Shown piece after piece: positions 51,271 to 64,000 of a stretch of DNA of 64,000 nucleotides (its first letter is position 1; every line of letters begins with the position of its first letter). Both the position numbers and the translations under genes were made by a program. Source of the stretch: Hemiscyllium ocellatum (lineage: Eukaryota); the NCBI RefSeq assembly GCF_020745735.1, contig NC_083448.1, positions 8,864,006 to 8,928,005 of the forward strand, written 5' to 3'. Below the pieces are notes generated by a model. The model was not told where the DNA came from. It saw only the letters and a list, made by a program, of their open reading frames with translations, and did not search any database.

Positions 51271-51423
51271 AACACCTCGATGAACGCAAGATCTGTAATG
51301 CAGTGTCCCCTACCAAGGATGTGGATGGATTTCATGTGATCAATGTAGGTCGCATGTGTCTGGATCAGAAGTCCATGCTGCCTGCTACACCTTGGGGAGT
51401 GTGGGAAATAATCCAAAGAACAG
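51271..51423 (+). CDS. MTHFD2: MTHFD2 exon 4
   Basis: tcctag| EHLDERKICNAVSPTKDVDGFHVINVGRMCLDQKSMLPATPWGVWEIIQRT |gtaatc; 153 nt. Confidence 0.96.
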
Positions 51424-51573
51424 GTAATCTTAAATAAAATGTTGCTGAAGTACTTTATAACAATTGGTTATTTGAGCAGAGATGTATAAACATACTTACT
51501 TGCACATTGCTGAGTTCTGAAATGGCATGTCTATTCAAATATTTTTTGTTTCAAAACCTGATCTATTTAAAAT

Positions 51574-51715
51574 AGCTGAAAATGTGTTGCTGGTTAAAGC
51601 ACAGCAGGTTAGGTAGCATCTCAGGAATAGGGAATTCGACGTTTCGAGCATAAGCCCTTCATCAGGAATGAGAGAGAGTAGCCAAGCAGGCTAAGATAAA
51701 AGGTAGGGAGGAGGG
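51574..51715 (-). mobile_element. Solo Penelope pLTR fragment (same family as 44435)
   Basis: Close match to 44469-44609. Confidence 0.8.
51634..51669 (-). ncRNA. Intact minimal hammerhead ribozyme motif
   Basis: AUUC-CUGAUGA-A-GGGC(UUAU)GCUC-GAA-ACGU-C-GAAU: perfect helix I and a GUC cleavage triplet. Confidence 0.75.
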
Positions 51716-52584
51716 TTTAGTGCAGTTGTGAAGTGGGTTACTATTTTCAAATGTGGGGATAAACCGATGGCTCTGACAGTGTTCCCTTTGCTTGTCTGAA
51801 GGAACAGAAATTCCCTTGACCTAGATCACCAAAAACATAATCTTGGTGTTGACACAGTGCAAAAACGTACAACTAGGGGAACTTCAACCTCTAAAATGTA
51901 TTGTACGTAACAGAACAGGGAAACAAGAGTTTTTGATGGGCGGGAGGGTATGAGGATAATTTTTCATATTTTAGCAACCAATCAACAGTTTTGTTTTTTG
52001 GTCAGCCTAGAAGACAAGCCACAGTTAGAACCCTTGGTTCTCTAGAGGGAGAAGGCAGAGTTCTTATTCTGGAAAGATTAATACAACTTTTTTTAAAGTG
52101 TTGGCTGGACTAGTTAGCTTTTTTTTATTCATTAATGGAATGAGGGCATCACATTGTAGATGAGCAATTCTTACCCATCCCTAACTGAGTCCTCCATATT
52201 GCTGTGGGTCTGGAGTCACACGTAGTCCAGACCAGGTAACAATGTCAACTTGAATTCCTCAAAGATATTTTTGAGCTGGATGGATTTTTCTGATCTACAA
52301 TAGTTTCAGGTTGATTGTTAGACTCCTTGATTGCAGGTCTTTGCTGAATTCACATTCTGCCATTCTGCTCTGATGGGATTTGAACCTGGGTCCCCAGAAC
52401 GTGACCTTTTGGTCTTTAGATGAACAGTTCAGCAATAATACCACAGGGCAATCACCTCCCCTAATCAGGTTTCATCAGATTGCAGCCTTGGCAAAAACTG
52501 CATTGTAGTGGGAGAGATGTGTGCTCAATATTTCATCATAAAAGTTGTGGCAGTTCTCTAACAGGATAATGTTTTTCCATCCAG

Positions 52585-52692
52585 GAATTGCAACTCTTGG
52601 GAAGAATGTGGTTGTGGCTGGACGGTCCAAAAATGTTGGAATGCCCATTGCTATGCTTCTCCATACTGATGGGGCACACGAACGACCTGGAG
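52585..52692 (+). CDS. MTHFD2: MTHFD2 exon 5
   Basis: atccag| GIATLGKNVVVAGRSKNVGMPIAMLLHTDGAHERPG |gtgagg; 108 nt. Confidence 0.96.
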
Positions 52693-55435
52693 GTGAGGAA
52701 AGGGAGAATCTTACTGTGAAGAATGAAAAGTTTAACAGGACTTCCATTTTTGAAGTTCAGTCTAGTCTACTTATTCTCCTTCAGCGGTTGTTCAGAATGG
52801 CCCATGATGAAACTTTGCAAATGCCATCATGATATTCATCAGGTATAGTTCAGGTCAAAATGTTTGTCACTGAAAAAGTGAACTGCTGGAGTCTTATATG
52901 ACGACATTGAAAGCCCAAGATCTTTGTAGAAGAGTCCTATTGGACCCGATGTCAACTTTGTTTCTCTCTCCACAGACGTTACCACACCTCCAGAGGTTGT
53001 CCCAGTGTTTGCTTATATTTTCAGATCTCCAGCATCCAGAGTATTTTGCTTTTATTATCAAAGTGTTTTGTAATATGTCAGGGAAAAGGAAATGCCCACT
53101 TTTGAAAGTCCGTATTGATTTTGTTATAAAAATGTTCTGAGGAAAAATAACACCTTTTTTCCTGAAAAATAAAACTAAAGCATTATGCTGCTATTCCATT
53201 CTAATTTCACAGCAAATCTGACTCCTGTGACCTGAAACTGGTGCCATTGTATGTTGTATAAATTGTACTTGATAGTGAAAGCTCACACATGCCCAACATA
53301 CCATCCATTGTTGCTAAGAACCTGTCTATTACAGTTAGACTCCTTACAATCTGGATAAAATTAAACCAAGGTACTTTACCAGGCAAGATAATGGAAGGAT
53401 AAAGCAACAAAAATACAAAACTTGATGTGCAATTAGCAGTAGAAGCATTTGCTGACATGGTTTTATGAAATGCATATAGCAAGACTGTCTTGATACATTT
53501 TTCAATTGGTTTCTCCTGTTGGTGCAGAATGACTTAATAAATCCCTCAACACCCAGAGTCTACTTTTATCCTCAGAATATTTGTCATCCCATCAGTGAGA
53601 AGGAACCTCTGGGGGTCCAGAAGCTGCTTCATTGAATGAAGGAAAGACCTAAGCTTTTATACATGTTTTCAGCCTGCCTTTGTTACAAATCAATTGCATT
53701 ACTAATTGATCCGGTACACATCCCACCCCCACCCAAAAAAAATCAAGTTAATCATGTGACTGTAGGATTAGTGATGGGCACTCTTATGGACAATTCTAGA
53801 TATTGGTACGATTGCAGTCTTTACTAGCTAGCCCTTTACAATGCATGGGCCATTTACAATGCATCTTAATCCATCCATATTCCAGTGTCTGTTCATTTCT
53901 GCATCTTATCATTGCATTTTCCTGTAAGCAGTGTGGGGACTTTTTCTATTGACAGACAGCCTTAGATAGTAAGGAATTCAGTCGAATCTGTTAATGCTTG
54001 CTTTTCTTTTTTGGAAGAAAACTTTTTTGTGTAAAGCAACCAGTGTGATATGAATTGTTTGGCTCTTGTCAAAACTGTTTGTCTAGTCTGTCAAGATGAT
54101 TTAGACAACTCCAACCAGAATGTTATGAATGAATTTGCCCAAGTGTCCCACAATGCCAAAGTGGTCAAATCAATACGAACACAAGACCGTACCAATGCAA
54201 AATGGACCCAAATTTATTAGGAACCAAGTTACAATAACCTTTTAATACTAAACAGACAATCTCTAATCCTTTTTGGTCCCTTAAGCATGCAAAACTTTCC
54301 AAGTCTCCTGTAGATCTCAGCTCCCTCTGGGTATGTGAAGCTGCTTGCTTTCTTTCTTTCTGTCTATCTTTGTCTGGATGATCAGCTGGTCTCCTGCCAT
54401 TCTGGTCTCCCTCTGAAGGCCTCCTGATGATTCCGTGAGAGAGGTCTGCAGGTGAAGTCTCTTCTTATACCTTGTGGATGAGTTTTCTGCAGTTTTCTAT
54501 AACTTTGCCCTAGATCAGTGAGACATTCTTCATAGTTTGAAACATCGTCAATCATTTGGTTTGCTTGCTAGAGTTAGTTTATTTGTGTAGAAGGACCTTT
54601 GTGTTTAGTGAATAAGTTATTGGGGGTATGTCTATGCAGGGTAATTGTTGCCTTTTCCTCTATGCTAATATCATTTAGTACCTCACTGCTGCGTTCACAC
54701 TGTTTCTGCCTGGTGTGTGGGTTTTGTGATTTTAGTGTTTTTACTTGGCCAATGTCCCTAGCACCCTTTGCTGTTTGACCAAGTTACAATCTACCTGTGT
54801 TTGAGCAGACCCCAGCTGCTAAGCTGTAAAGAAAACTCCTACAGCAACTCCTAGAAAAACACAGAACAGAAGAGGCCTTTCAGTTCTGAAAGTCTGTACT
54901 GACAAAAATACAATACAATAGCACTCCTCCTACTTTGCCACATTAGGTCCAAAACCTTGGTACTTACAGTGCCTCAAATGTTCATCAAAGTACTTTTGAA
55001 AGGTTGAGATTTCCTGCTTCAACTATCCTCCCAGGCTGTGCATTTCAAACTCCCAATATCCTTTTGATTGAAATTATTTTCCTTAAATCCTCTGTGAACC
55101 ATTAGCCTCCATCTTTAAAAGTGTGCCTCCTTGTTCTTGGTCCTTTGACTATATAGTCCTGTTTTGTCACAGTTGGAGTGGAGAATGAAGGTACTATCTC
55201 ATACGTTTTCACAAGTTAGAAAAGAATTTATGGCATTGATCATCACGGCCTTTTTTTGAAAAACTTCATAGTTTTTTTTGGGTTTTGAAGTTATATTTTA
55301 CTGATGGCTCACTGGAAGTGTTGGTGCCCTGTTTTGTTTGACTTTGTGTTCTCGTATCTCATCCTAATCTTTTGTGCAGAAAGGGGATTTGTTGCTTTGA
55401 TAGCTACTTGCAATAAAACAGTTGTTATCTTGCAG

Positions 55436-55528
55436 GGGATGCTACAGTGACCATCTCTCATCGATACACACCCAAAGACCAGCTGAGGGAACACACCAAG
55501 CTTGCTGATATTATTGTGGCTGCAGCAG
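55436..55528 (+). CDS. MTHFD2: MTHFD2 exon 6
   Basis: ttgcag| GDATVTISHRYTPKDQLREHTKLADIIVAAA |gtgagc; 93 nt. Confidence 0.96.
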
Positions 55529-55811
55529 GTGAGCTTTTGTGCTTCAGTCATGTTTGAGCCTGGGTTTCACAAATTGGCAGAAAGTAGAACTGCACCCCTC
55601 CCAACCCCACATGTCATGCATGCAGCTACATGTGCATACTGACTGCCACGCAATGTCTAAAGTTTTGTTATCCTCAAGGTTTTCTTTTGTTTTCGGAAAA
55701 TTGGGGTAAGTGGTTCCGGAGTAATGACTCACTAAGGGAGTGTCTGGATTTTTCCATCACCCTGACTGATGTGATGGATTTTTCGGTCTAAACTTTTTTT
55801 TTTATTTTAGT

Positions 55812-56090
55812 TTAGATTCCCTACAGTATGGAAGCAGGCCCTTCAGCCTAGCAGTCCTGCTGAAGTGTAACCCACTCATGCCCATGCTCTATATATACTC
55901 CTGGCTAATGTGTTATATAGGCAAGTTAGCATGGCCAATTCACCTGACATGCACCTCTCTGGATTGTGGGAGGAAACCCATGCAGTCACAGGGAGAATGT
56001 ACAAAGTCCACACACAGTCGCCCAAGGCAGGAATTGAATCCAAGTTCCTGGTGCTGAGGCAGCAGAGCTAACCACTGAGCCACTGTGCTG
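55812..56090 (-). mobile_element. HE1-like tRNA SINE
   Basis: Reverse-complement A/B boxes (gctaaccactgagccac, gaattgaatcc) and CR1-like tail. Confidence 0.82.
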
Positions 56091-57387
56091 ACCCATGTTT
56101 CGCCATGTTTAATCAAAAATTTTGATCTGCCAAAATGTTCTCTGAACTATTGTCATCTCTGTTTTTTGAATATGATTTTTTTTCTTTCTCATCCTTTCCT
56201 GAATCTGATCAACTCAACTCCTGTCACCTCTTCCCCTGTCCCTCCAAAAAAGTCAAGTAAGATAAACGTAGAATGTTCTTGGCACGCCTAAAATGTCATG
56301 AAATTTACCGCGGTGGCACTAAGTTTCATGAATTAAGCCAAACACTTTTTTTTTAATTGCAAAAGGAGTCTGCAGTTTCATCTACTCTCTCCTTTATCTG
56401 TCCAAACAAGGGAACAAATAGAAATGAGGCAGGGACAAAGTTTTTTTTTAATGTTGATCCATGATATTTGGAGTTTCTCAGAACTATCTGTCAGAACACT
56501 TGTTTCAGAAAGATATTCTTTCCCAATGGTTGCACAGCATTGAGACCATTGTCATATGTTGATAACAACAGTACCACAAAACAAATTTATCTTGGTGCAA
56601 GGATGGTGAGAAGCCATTTGTGTTATTTCTCATTGTTTTTCTGGAAATGGCAAACTTGTAATAAATGTTTCTTTTCCTGTTCTCTGCATTTTAAGGTTTA
56701 AGTTTTCCCCAAACTCATATCCTTTTTGGGGTTTATTTTCCACAAATGCTATGTTCTGTAAACCTGATGGTTCTTTGTCTTGCAGTAATGGGAGGAAATT
56801 AAGTTGTGCAACATCTTGTGACTAATCAGTCAATAGTTTGCTGTTTATTCTTAATCTGGGTGTGAATTCACAGTCATCACATTATTTAAAATATTTATGT
56901 TGACAGATGTTTTAAAAAAAACACTTGAGCTTAATTCAGGATTCCTGACTTGTCAGAGGTTATGTATCCAAAAAAATGGGAGCGGCAATGGGTTGTACAG
57001 TCACTGCTGCCTTTTGTACCACTTGAATAGATCATGATTCAACTTGCCCATCAAATTCAGTTTCCTATCCTACCTCTGTATATTTTGTGGCCCTAATGTT
57101 CAACAACATGGAACTTTTAGTCATAATTATATTGGAACCCAGAATCCTCTTATATAGACATGTACAAAGATTCATAATCCTCCATGTAGACAAACTTGTT
57201 TTCATCACAGTCCCATCCCAATTTCGTAAACGCCAAAGACAATATGCTCATTAAAAGTACAGTCCTGAGAAAAACAGAAACCGAAAGAACTAAGGATGCT
57301 GTAAAACAATTTCTGTTTTTGTCTCAGAAGAACAAAATTGCGTACGTGCAGAATTGTGACTTAATCACCATTACTTGTGCATTGCAG

Positions 57388-57513
57388 GTATTCCAAAGCT
57401 AATCACAGCTGATATGATTAAAGAAGGAGCAGCAGTCATCGATGTTGGTATCAATCGTATCCAGGACCCAGTCACTGGGAAGCCCAAACTTGTTGGTGAC
57501 GTTGATTTTGAAG
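57388..57513 (+). CDS. MTHFD2: MTHFD2 exon 7
   Basis: ttgcag| [42 protein letters not shown] |gtaaat; GINR is MTHFD2-type (MTHFD2L has GINY). Confidence 0.96.
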
Positions 57514-59479
57514 GTAAATGGCTTACACTGAAATATAAAAATAGCACATGCAATTTGGACAGTGTACAATGATGTTAGCATGAGCAATTCAGTTCTGGTT
57601 CATCAATTGCACAAGAATATATTCTATTTGTAATTGTGCGTTATATTTTGTAAGGGACCAGGAACTTGGAATAATCACAAGAAATGATTAATCATGAATT
57701 TGACATGTTGCAAGGACAGTTAGATTTATCAAACTGGAGACATGTTATGACCCACCTCTGGAGTTGGTGGGACTTAAGCCTGGATCTTCTGGCCTGGACG
57801 TAGGGACACTGCTGTACCTCAGAAGACTACAGGGTTCTTTTGCATTACGGCTCAGGGAGAAGCCCCAACAGTAGTTCGATTGCTGCGTACAGTTAGGACT
57901 CAAATCTTAGGAGTCAGTAGATACAGCTAAGTGTTCGAGTTGGGCTTGACAAAGTCCTGGAAACAAGAAGCTCAAGCCGGTGATTTATTCCTGTTTCACT
58001 GCAGTTGAAAGTCAACTAACAGCATAGACATAGTGCAGCTAAACAAGAGGTGAGAGAGATTGGTGGGGGAGGTAGAAACCAGAGGAAGGAGGGAAAAAAA
58101 CCCAGTGACAAGGCTGTCATGTTGAAGCGAACTGTTTATGAAAAGCTGCAGTTGTGATCAGAGTGGAGTTTCCAGAGTTTGGGTGTGTACACTCAGGAGC
58201 AGAGGCCGAACTACCTGAACATGAGTCATTGAGGTAACCTATGGCAGATTGCCTTCTGAGGGAGATCTGAAACTAGAATTTTACGAGAGAATAGTGCTAA
58301 ATCATCAATCCCTTTATCACAGTCCCTTTCCGGTTTTGAATCCCTTGTAAAGTTTTTTTGACATGTTTGATGACCAACAATGGTACTGAGGTCTGTGGAC
58401 CTTTTGGGAAATCTGTGGTGTCCGTTACAATCGTATCTGTGACTTGGTGTGCTCCATGAGGTTTCTGATTGGTTTCTGTTCAACATATTGACCTCCACTT
58501 AATTCTAATTGGATGTTAAAATTTTAGGCCTTACTCTGGCAATATGCTGGAAATCAGGCTCTGCTATTTTGAGTTGTCACAAAACTCAACCATTTCAAAA
58601 AATATGCAGAAATCCTCCAGTTAACCTGACTTTCTGACTCAAGTTGACAACACATTAGATTTCTATACTTAACAAGAATTACTACTCTTTTACAAGTAAA
58701 TGAACTGTCTTTCCATTTTGACCAGTTATGAATGGTCAGCATATAATCCTCCAAGTTAAAACTCTAAGCCCATTATTAACTCTTGTTTGTTGAAAGTAGA
58801 TGCACTCCAAATCAGAGGAAAAGATATGGGTGGAGGGTAACTCTGGGAAAGCAGCTCATGGTTCCTGTTCACGCGGTTTGCTAAAATGATTCTTGCGCTT
58901 CCTGGTCTTCCATTTCTGAATATTTTCAGTTGTTTGCAAGCAGCACGTGGTGACTGGTTCATGCTTAAAAATGTTTCTGACTACTTACAGCAACTGCTGA
59001 AGGAGAAGTAAAACTGGTTTCCTTCGGGCTTCAAGTGGTTTTTAGTGTAGAAAGCAGGCAGTGATCAGATGTCTTTTTATGAATGTTTTCAGCTGCCTCC
59101 GAATCAGTCACTGAATTGTTGGCAGGCCTTTGTCAGTGATACTTGGAGTAGGGACCAATTATCAATTAGCCACTTGTTGCTGGCCGAAACTTGGACCACA
59201 GCAGAGATTTCTGTAAACAGTCATCCACTGTGTGCACCAGCACCTCTGTAAACAGTCTTGAAGTAGGTGTCAGGTAGCTTAGTTTGCAAAAACTGTTATA
59301 ATCCCTTCAACAATCCTTTTGATGTTTCAAATCATTGTTCTCCCTTTACAGTCCACCATCAAAAACAAAAAACAAAACGCTGCGGTCTTTACAAGATCGT
59401 TACTATTCTAACATGATATTGTAAAAATTACTCATGTTTGTTCAAAATTGTGGAATTTCGTAACTTCAGTGGACTCCCC

Positions 59480-61835
59480 ACATAAACAGTGGCTACAAAA
59501 GCAGGTCCGAGGTCGGAATACTACCGTGACTAACTCTCCTCATGACTCCCCAAAGCCTGTCCATTTCCAAAGCATGAGTCAGAAATGTGATGGAATAGTC
59601 CCCACTTGTCCTGGATGAGTGCAACTCCAACAACACTCAAGGTTTGATACCATCTAGGACAAAGTTGCTCACTTGATTGGCATTGCATCCACTCCCTCCA
59701 CCACTGACAATCAGTAGCAGTGTGTACCATCTACAAGATGCACTGCAGAAATTCAAAGATCCTGAGACCAGTACCTTCCAAACCCACAACCACTTCCATC
59801 TAGAAGGACAAGGGACAGCAGATATATGGTAACACCACCCCCTACAAATTCCCCTCCAAGCCACTCACCATCTTGACTTTTTAATTCATTCATTTTCTGT
59901 GGCATGGGCGATGCTGGCTGGCCAGCATTTATTGCCTGTCCCTAGTAGTGGTGAGCTGCCTTCTTGAACTGCTGCAGTCTACCTGTTATGGTTTGACCCA
60001 CATTAGGGAGGCAATTCCAGAATTTTGATCTGTCGACACTGAAGGAATGGTGATATATTTCCAAGTCAGGATGGTGAGTGGCTCAGAGGGGAACTTGAAG
60101 GTAGTGGTGTTCCCATATATCTGCTGCCCTTATCCTTCTAGATGGAAGTGGTCGTGGGTTTGGAAGTTGCTGTCTGAGGCTCTTTGGTGAATTTCTGCAG
60201 TGAAGGTGCTGAGCATCATTGGTTGCAGAAGTGGATATCTCTTCACATGGTACCTATCAGGCAGGCTGCTTTGTCCTGGATGATGTCAAACTTCTTCAGT
60301 ATTGTTGGGGTTGCACTCAGTCGGGCAAGCGGGGAGTATTCCATCACACTCATGGCATGAGCCTTGCAGATGGTGGACAGACTATTTGGAGTCAGGAGGT
60401 GAGTTATTTGCCACAGTATTGAGTCTCTAGACCTGTTCTTGTAGCCACTGTGTTTATGTGGTGGATTAAGGTGAGTCTCTGATCAATGATAGTTCCCAGG
60501 GTGCTGTTAGTGGGGGATTCAGTGACTGTAAACACCACTGAATGTCAAGGGATGGTCGTTAGATTGTCTCTTATTGGTGACGATCAAAGCCTGGCATTTG
60601 TGTGGTCTGTATGTTACTGGCTATTTGTCAACCCAAGCCTGGATATTGTCCAGATCTTGTTGCATTTGGACACAAACTTCAGTATCTGAGGAGTCACTAA
60701 CTGTGAACATTGTGCAATCATCGAGTGTTCCCACTTCTTACCTTCTGATGGAAGCAAGGTCATTGATGAAGCAGCTGAAGATTTTTTGGACCGAGGATAC
60801 CACCCTGAGAAACTCCTACATAGATAACCTGGAGGTGAGGTGATTGAACTCTAACAACCACCACCATCTTCCTATGTGTCAGGTATGACTCTAACCACCA
60901 GAGAGTTTGCCTCCTTATAACCTATTGATACCAGTTGTGCTGGAGCTCCTTGATGCCACACTTAGTCGAATGCAGTCTCACGTGCTCTCTTTCGCTAATT
61001 CAGCTCTTCTGTCCATTTTTGAACCAAGGCTGTAATGAGCTGAGGAGCTGACTGCCCCTGGCAGAACCCAATTTGAGCATCACTGCACAGGTTGTTGCTG
61101 AGCAGGTGCCGCTTGATAGCCGTCTATCGCTGTCCTGATAATCGACAGTAAACTGATTCAGTGGTAACTAGCCAGATTGGATTTGTCCTTCTTTTAATGA
61201 CATGACATATGTGGGCAATTTTTCACATTGGGTAGATGCTACTATTATAACTGTCCTGGAATAATTTGATTAGGGGAGTGCCAAGGTCTGGGGCACAAGT
61301 CTTGGTTGTGGGATTGCTTAGTTCTGCCTATCACTTGCTGTTTTGACATGCAAATCGTCCTGTTTGGCTAACATTTCATCTTCAGGTATGCTTGGTGCTG
61401 CTCCTGGCATGCCCTCCTGCACTCTCCATTGAACCAGGGTTAGTCCTGGCTTGATGGTAATAGTTGAATAGGGGGTACGGCAGACCATGCGATTGTGCTG
61501 GAGTACAATTCTGCTGTTGATGGCCCACCTGTGCATCAAGGATGCCAGTCTGGAGTTGCTAGATCAGTTTGAAGTCTGCTCAATTTAGCATGGTGATAGT
61601 GCCAACAACACAATGGAGGTTATTCTCAATGCAAAGACTTGGAACTATATTGACTGTTCCTTCGCTATCGCCTGAGGCAAAATTCTGGACTTTCTGCTTG
61701 AATGGAATTGTGAGTCAATCCACAGCAGGTGGGCTGCAGCGGTTTAAAAGGCAGCTCACAACCACATTCTCAAGGGTAACTCGGGATGGGCAATAAATGC
61801 TGGCCAGCCAGTGACACCCACATCCCACAAATGCG
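59480..61835. mobile_element. CR1/L2-clade LINE 3' end (+) split by an opposite-orientation copy of the same family (59880-61635)
   Basis: Plus copy runs 59480-59879 and resumes at 61641; 60060-60330 is the reverse complement of ~59590-59879; GACTT duplicated at 59875 and 61636. Confidence 0.72.
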
Positions 61836-62729
61836 TTTACAAAAAAAAGTGTCTAAGTTCTTTCAATCTCCTACTGTCTGTTGAAAGGGACAAAGTCATG
61901 GGTCCCCATTTAACATGATACGTAACTTTAACATTATAGTCTGGGATCGTAGCATATGACAGTTCTTCAGCCGTGTGTTCATGGCTAATGAACACCTGAA
62001 CTGGGGTTCTACAATTTGCAGGATTGGCCATCAATGCATATATTGTGAGTTAAACAATTGAGTACTGCACATCACTTGGGTCACGAGGACACTTTGGATA
62101 CAAATGGTTCACTTGGAATTGTAGATAACTGAGATGAAATTTCCAGACATTGAATTCACATTTTTATGCCAGAAAACATTTTGAGCTGCAGGAGAAATAC
62201 AGTCCCACATTAAATGTCAGTCTGCATTTGTAGAATGGGTTAACTTTCTTCCAAGTGTCTACCATTTGCGATATTTATAACTTTTTTTTTCCTGGCCTGG
62301 AGAAGCCTATGTTGTTGATTAGATTAGTTCATGAAGCCTTGTTAATGAGCTTGTGACCTGCTCAATACTTCTCCTTTTGCATGTGATTTAAATGTAATTT
62401 GATGGAGAGGGAATGAGACCACGTGGCAATGACTATGTCTGCCGCTTTGCTTTATGGGATTTTAAACTTAGTGGGAATTGTAACATTGTTGGAGAGCAGC
62501 AGATTATTTTGCATTTGAGATGAGGTTGCTTCATTTTATTCAGTCCTATTGCACAACTCAAATTAGGTAGCATTTAAATCCAATGGTGCATGAGCACCTG
62601 GGAAGTTCTTAACTAAATGCATTTGGAAAGCTTGCCAATGTCCTTTTTTATGTTAACAGCTGGGTTTACTTTATGGTGGGGACATACAAAAAGCAAATTA
62701 TCTTGTCATACTACTTTTACTATTTTCAG

Positions 62730-62854
62730 AGGTGAAGAAAAAAGCCAGCTTCATAACACCAGTGCCAGGAGGAGTTGGACCCATGACCGTCGCAATGCTG
62801 ATGAAGAACACAATCATTGCAGCCAAGAAGCTGTTGAAGCTGAGAGAGAACTGA
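62730..62854 (+). CDS. MTHFD2: MTHFD2 exon 8 (last coding exon)
   Basis: tttcag| [41 protein letters not shown]; total CDS 993 nt. Confidence 0.95.
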
Positions 62855-64000
62855 ACAAATGGTTGCCCTCACGGTAGTGCCACAGAGCAATGGGACAGAG
62901 TATCCTCATGAACATTCCAATGGACTGTTTTACATCAACACATACCAAAGGCTAATAGTTGAGCAATTTATTTATTGTCATTGTGCTTAAGGGCGTTAAG
63001 TTTTTTTTTCACTTTTTGCATTGAATATAATTTATTTCAAAGTTCCTTTTGTTAAGGATCTACATTTATGTGCAATTTTATATTTTGTTACTGAGATGCT
63101 TCCTAAAGCAAGGTTAATTGGGGATTGTTCCCTTTAAATTATTTTGGGGGAAAAAAATAGTTTTATTCCTGGAAGTGAAGTTGGAATGAGCAGGTAATCA
63201 ATTGTACATATCAAGGAAGGGCCCTACTATACAGCTGATCTATTCTGAAGGTGTTACGTGAAAAGTCCAGCAAAGAATGAGTACTATCAAATGACTGCAG
63301 TAGTACAGTCATGCTGTAAAAGCAGACAGATGTAACATGATTCGTGAAAATACTTCTATCACTTAGCTGTATTTTGCTGCAGAATAAGATATTACAACCA
63401 CAATTTCTAAATTATATGGATAACTTCTTAATGTCAAACTGTCATAGTAAAATGAGTGCTATCAGTTCTTCCACTGAAACACCACAGTTGACTGAAAGTC
63501 AGGACAGCAACCCCATGTTCTGTCTGTGTCAGATCCTCTCGGTCAGCTATGCAAACCTACTATTATCATGTTATTGACTAGACAATTTTTTGATTTGAGG
63601 TGAGCAGAATAGTATCAAACACAGTTGAGACAGCCTAGCGTGAGATGCTGATGTAGTTTTTGTTTTGTACCTGTCACTGCTTTGTTTGGTTAGTTGATTT
63701 TGCGTTCTTCAGAGATTTCAGAAATATGTAGGTGGAGCTGTTTTATGGGGCAATGTCAACTTCCTAAATTGATGCAAATAATGATTAAGCAATAATTGCT
63801 AGAAATGGCCTAATTTTCCTAATGAGCTGTTACAACAGTTTATCACAACTGTGGGGTCAACATACTTTTAAGAAAGCAGTGACCATAAGTTGCCATAATT
63901 TTCCAGAAAGACATAACTTTTTAAAACCTTTCATGCCAGGTATCAAAGCATTGAGGCATAATATGTATTATGACATGTCTCTTTTAATGGTAAGAGTGGT

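Noticed and set aside
54121-54788. Possible solo LTR (TG...CA)
   Set aside because: No target-site duplication or partner copy visible
41667-62854. Calling the flanking genes MTHFD2L and MOB1B
   Set aside because: GINR, TDGAH, TISHRY (MTHFD2) and DSVMQ (MOB1A) residues, plus their mutual linkage, fit the MTHFD2/MOB1A pair

Overview
Vertebrate genomic DNA; the repeat content (CR1 LINEs, HE1-like tRNA SINEs, Penelope-like elements) points to a cartilaginous fish, probably a shark. I reconstructed three spliced genes by hand. (1) MOB1A on the minus strand: coding exons 1-5 lie at 19042 down to 160, and the last exon is off the left edge. (2) An 11-coding-exon hnRNP H-family gene on the plus strand (21802-33386, 461 aa), which shares a bidirectional CpG-island promoter with MOB1A. 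(3) A complete MTHFD2 on the plus strand (41667-62854, 8 exons, 330 aa). The hnRNP gene is HNRNPH3-like in sequence but keeps all three qRRMs, and it sits between MOB1A and MTHFD2, where mammals have no such gene. It is therefore a candidate fourth whole-genome-duplication paralogue lost in mammals. It retains the 139-nt autoregulatory NMD exon and shows candidate extra regulatory exons. The introns carry several Penelope-like families with minimal hammerhead-ribozyme motifs, including a very young insertion that is a perfect 131-bp inverted repeat with a target-site duplication.
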